Part shown: piece after piece, positions 63,195 to 64,000 of the stretch
How positions within the stretch are numbered: the stretch's first letter is position 1
Layout: every line of letters starts with the position of its first letter
Source: Pseudovirgaria hyperparasitica
Taxonomy: Eukaryota
Length of the DNA stretch: 64,000 bases
Assembly: GCA_010093815.1 (NCBI GenBank)
Contig: ML996570.1
Reading direction: 5' to 3' (one strand)
Position numbers and translations under genes: made by a program
The notes under the pieces: model-generated
The model's database searches: none
What the model was told of the DNA's origin: nothing
What the model saw: only the letters and a program-made list of their open reading frames with translations

Positions 63195-64000
63195 CTATTC
63201 AGCCTTCTCTCCACTTACCATTTCCGTTGCATCTCTAGCTAGCTCTACTGCTGGATCGTTGTCTTCCATGGCAATTCGGTCTGCGTCTGTGGGTATGTAG
63301 CCACGTTGCAACCAACTCCAGATATTCAATCCGATCTTCACACCTTCATCGACGGGCAGCCCGGCGTGCCATACTTCTTCGTACGGTGTGCCCATGTCAA
63401 CATCGAAGTTCTCCCAGTACACGGCATTACGCGCGATCGGCTTGAATGTTACTCCGATGTCCTCCTGTTCCCTTTGCCCTGTCCCATGTCTCTCTTCTAC
63501 GGGACAGTCTATGAACCGACACCACTCGCGCCGTTCAATACTATCCCTGCTTCCTCTACAAGGATGCTCCAAACGGGGAAACTCTGTTCCTCCACCTCGT
63601 TCAGGTGCTTGCAACCAAACCATGAAACTGGAAACACGCCCGGAGCGGCGTGATGCGCTGCCATAGTCGTAGTGGTGACGATAGTGGCCACCGGGGTGGT
63701 ACTTTTGAGTCCAAAGATGTTCGGTGAATATTGAGGGGTGCGGGCCTTGGAACTGCGGGGCGTTACAATGTGCAAAGAAGGAAGAGAAAGATTTGTGTGG
63801 TAAGACAGGACATACCTCTCGGGAGCGGGCTTCGATGCATCTCACAATCTGCGTTCGCGGTGGTTTGGCTTTGTGTGACCGGCGGATGCTGGGATCGTAT
63901 GTTGTATTTGTTGGGGATGTTGTGACCGTGGAGAGGTGGTAGAATGGCTCACTGGACCGTACGAGTCAACCACGTGGGATATGAGGACGGAATTCGGCGG
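63195..64000 (-). CDS. Prolyl 4-hydroxylase-like 2OG-Fe(II) dioxygenase, 5' part beyond the window; intron 63753-63815 and another intron running off the edge
   Basis: IVRCIEARSRE|FQG, YRHHYDY (HxD), GGGTEFP, VWHAGLPV and GVKIGLNIW. Confidence 0.85.

Overview
Eukaryotic DNA from a filamentous ascomycete (Pezizomycotina; Dothideomycete-like is an inference). Genes carry short GT-AG introns with CTRAC-type branch sites. The window has two compositional domains. Bases 1 to ~14.4 kb are gene-sparse and full of microsatellites. They hold a PRO1/NosA/ADV-1-type Zn2Cys6 developmental regulator and a divergently transcribed SAM+PH protein, and end in a telomere-like heptamer array, (TAGAGGT)9 plus degenerate copies. 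Bases ~14.9-64 kb are compact and mostly conserved genes: a secreted orphan, FMO-like oxidoreductase, NAD(P)-binding protein, CCDC90/DUF1640 protein, U1A/U2B''-type RRM protein, ARPC1, Atg10, Chk2, CYP51, a C2H2 factor, hybrid histidine kinase, FAD monooxygenase, eIF3b, synaptojanin-like phosphatase, an RS-rich orphan, Par32-like protein, CFEM protein, Rcy1 and a partial prolyl-4-hydroxylase. I found no tRNA, rRNA, CRISPR array or intact transposon, and no clearly new multi-gene system. The best leads are the domain boundary with its telomere-like array, a C-to-G skew flip at gene 3' ends, a TAATTA cluster upstream of pro1, a long structured intron in the Par32-like gene, a splice-created overlapping uORF on the C2H2 gene, and unusual residues at CYP51 azole-resistance positions. 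All calls rest on motif recognition by eye; no database search was run.
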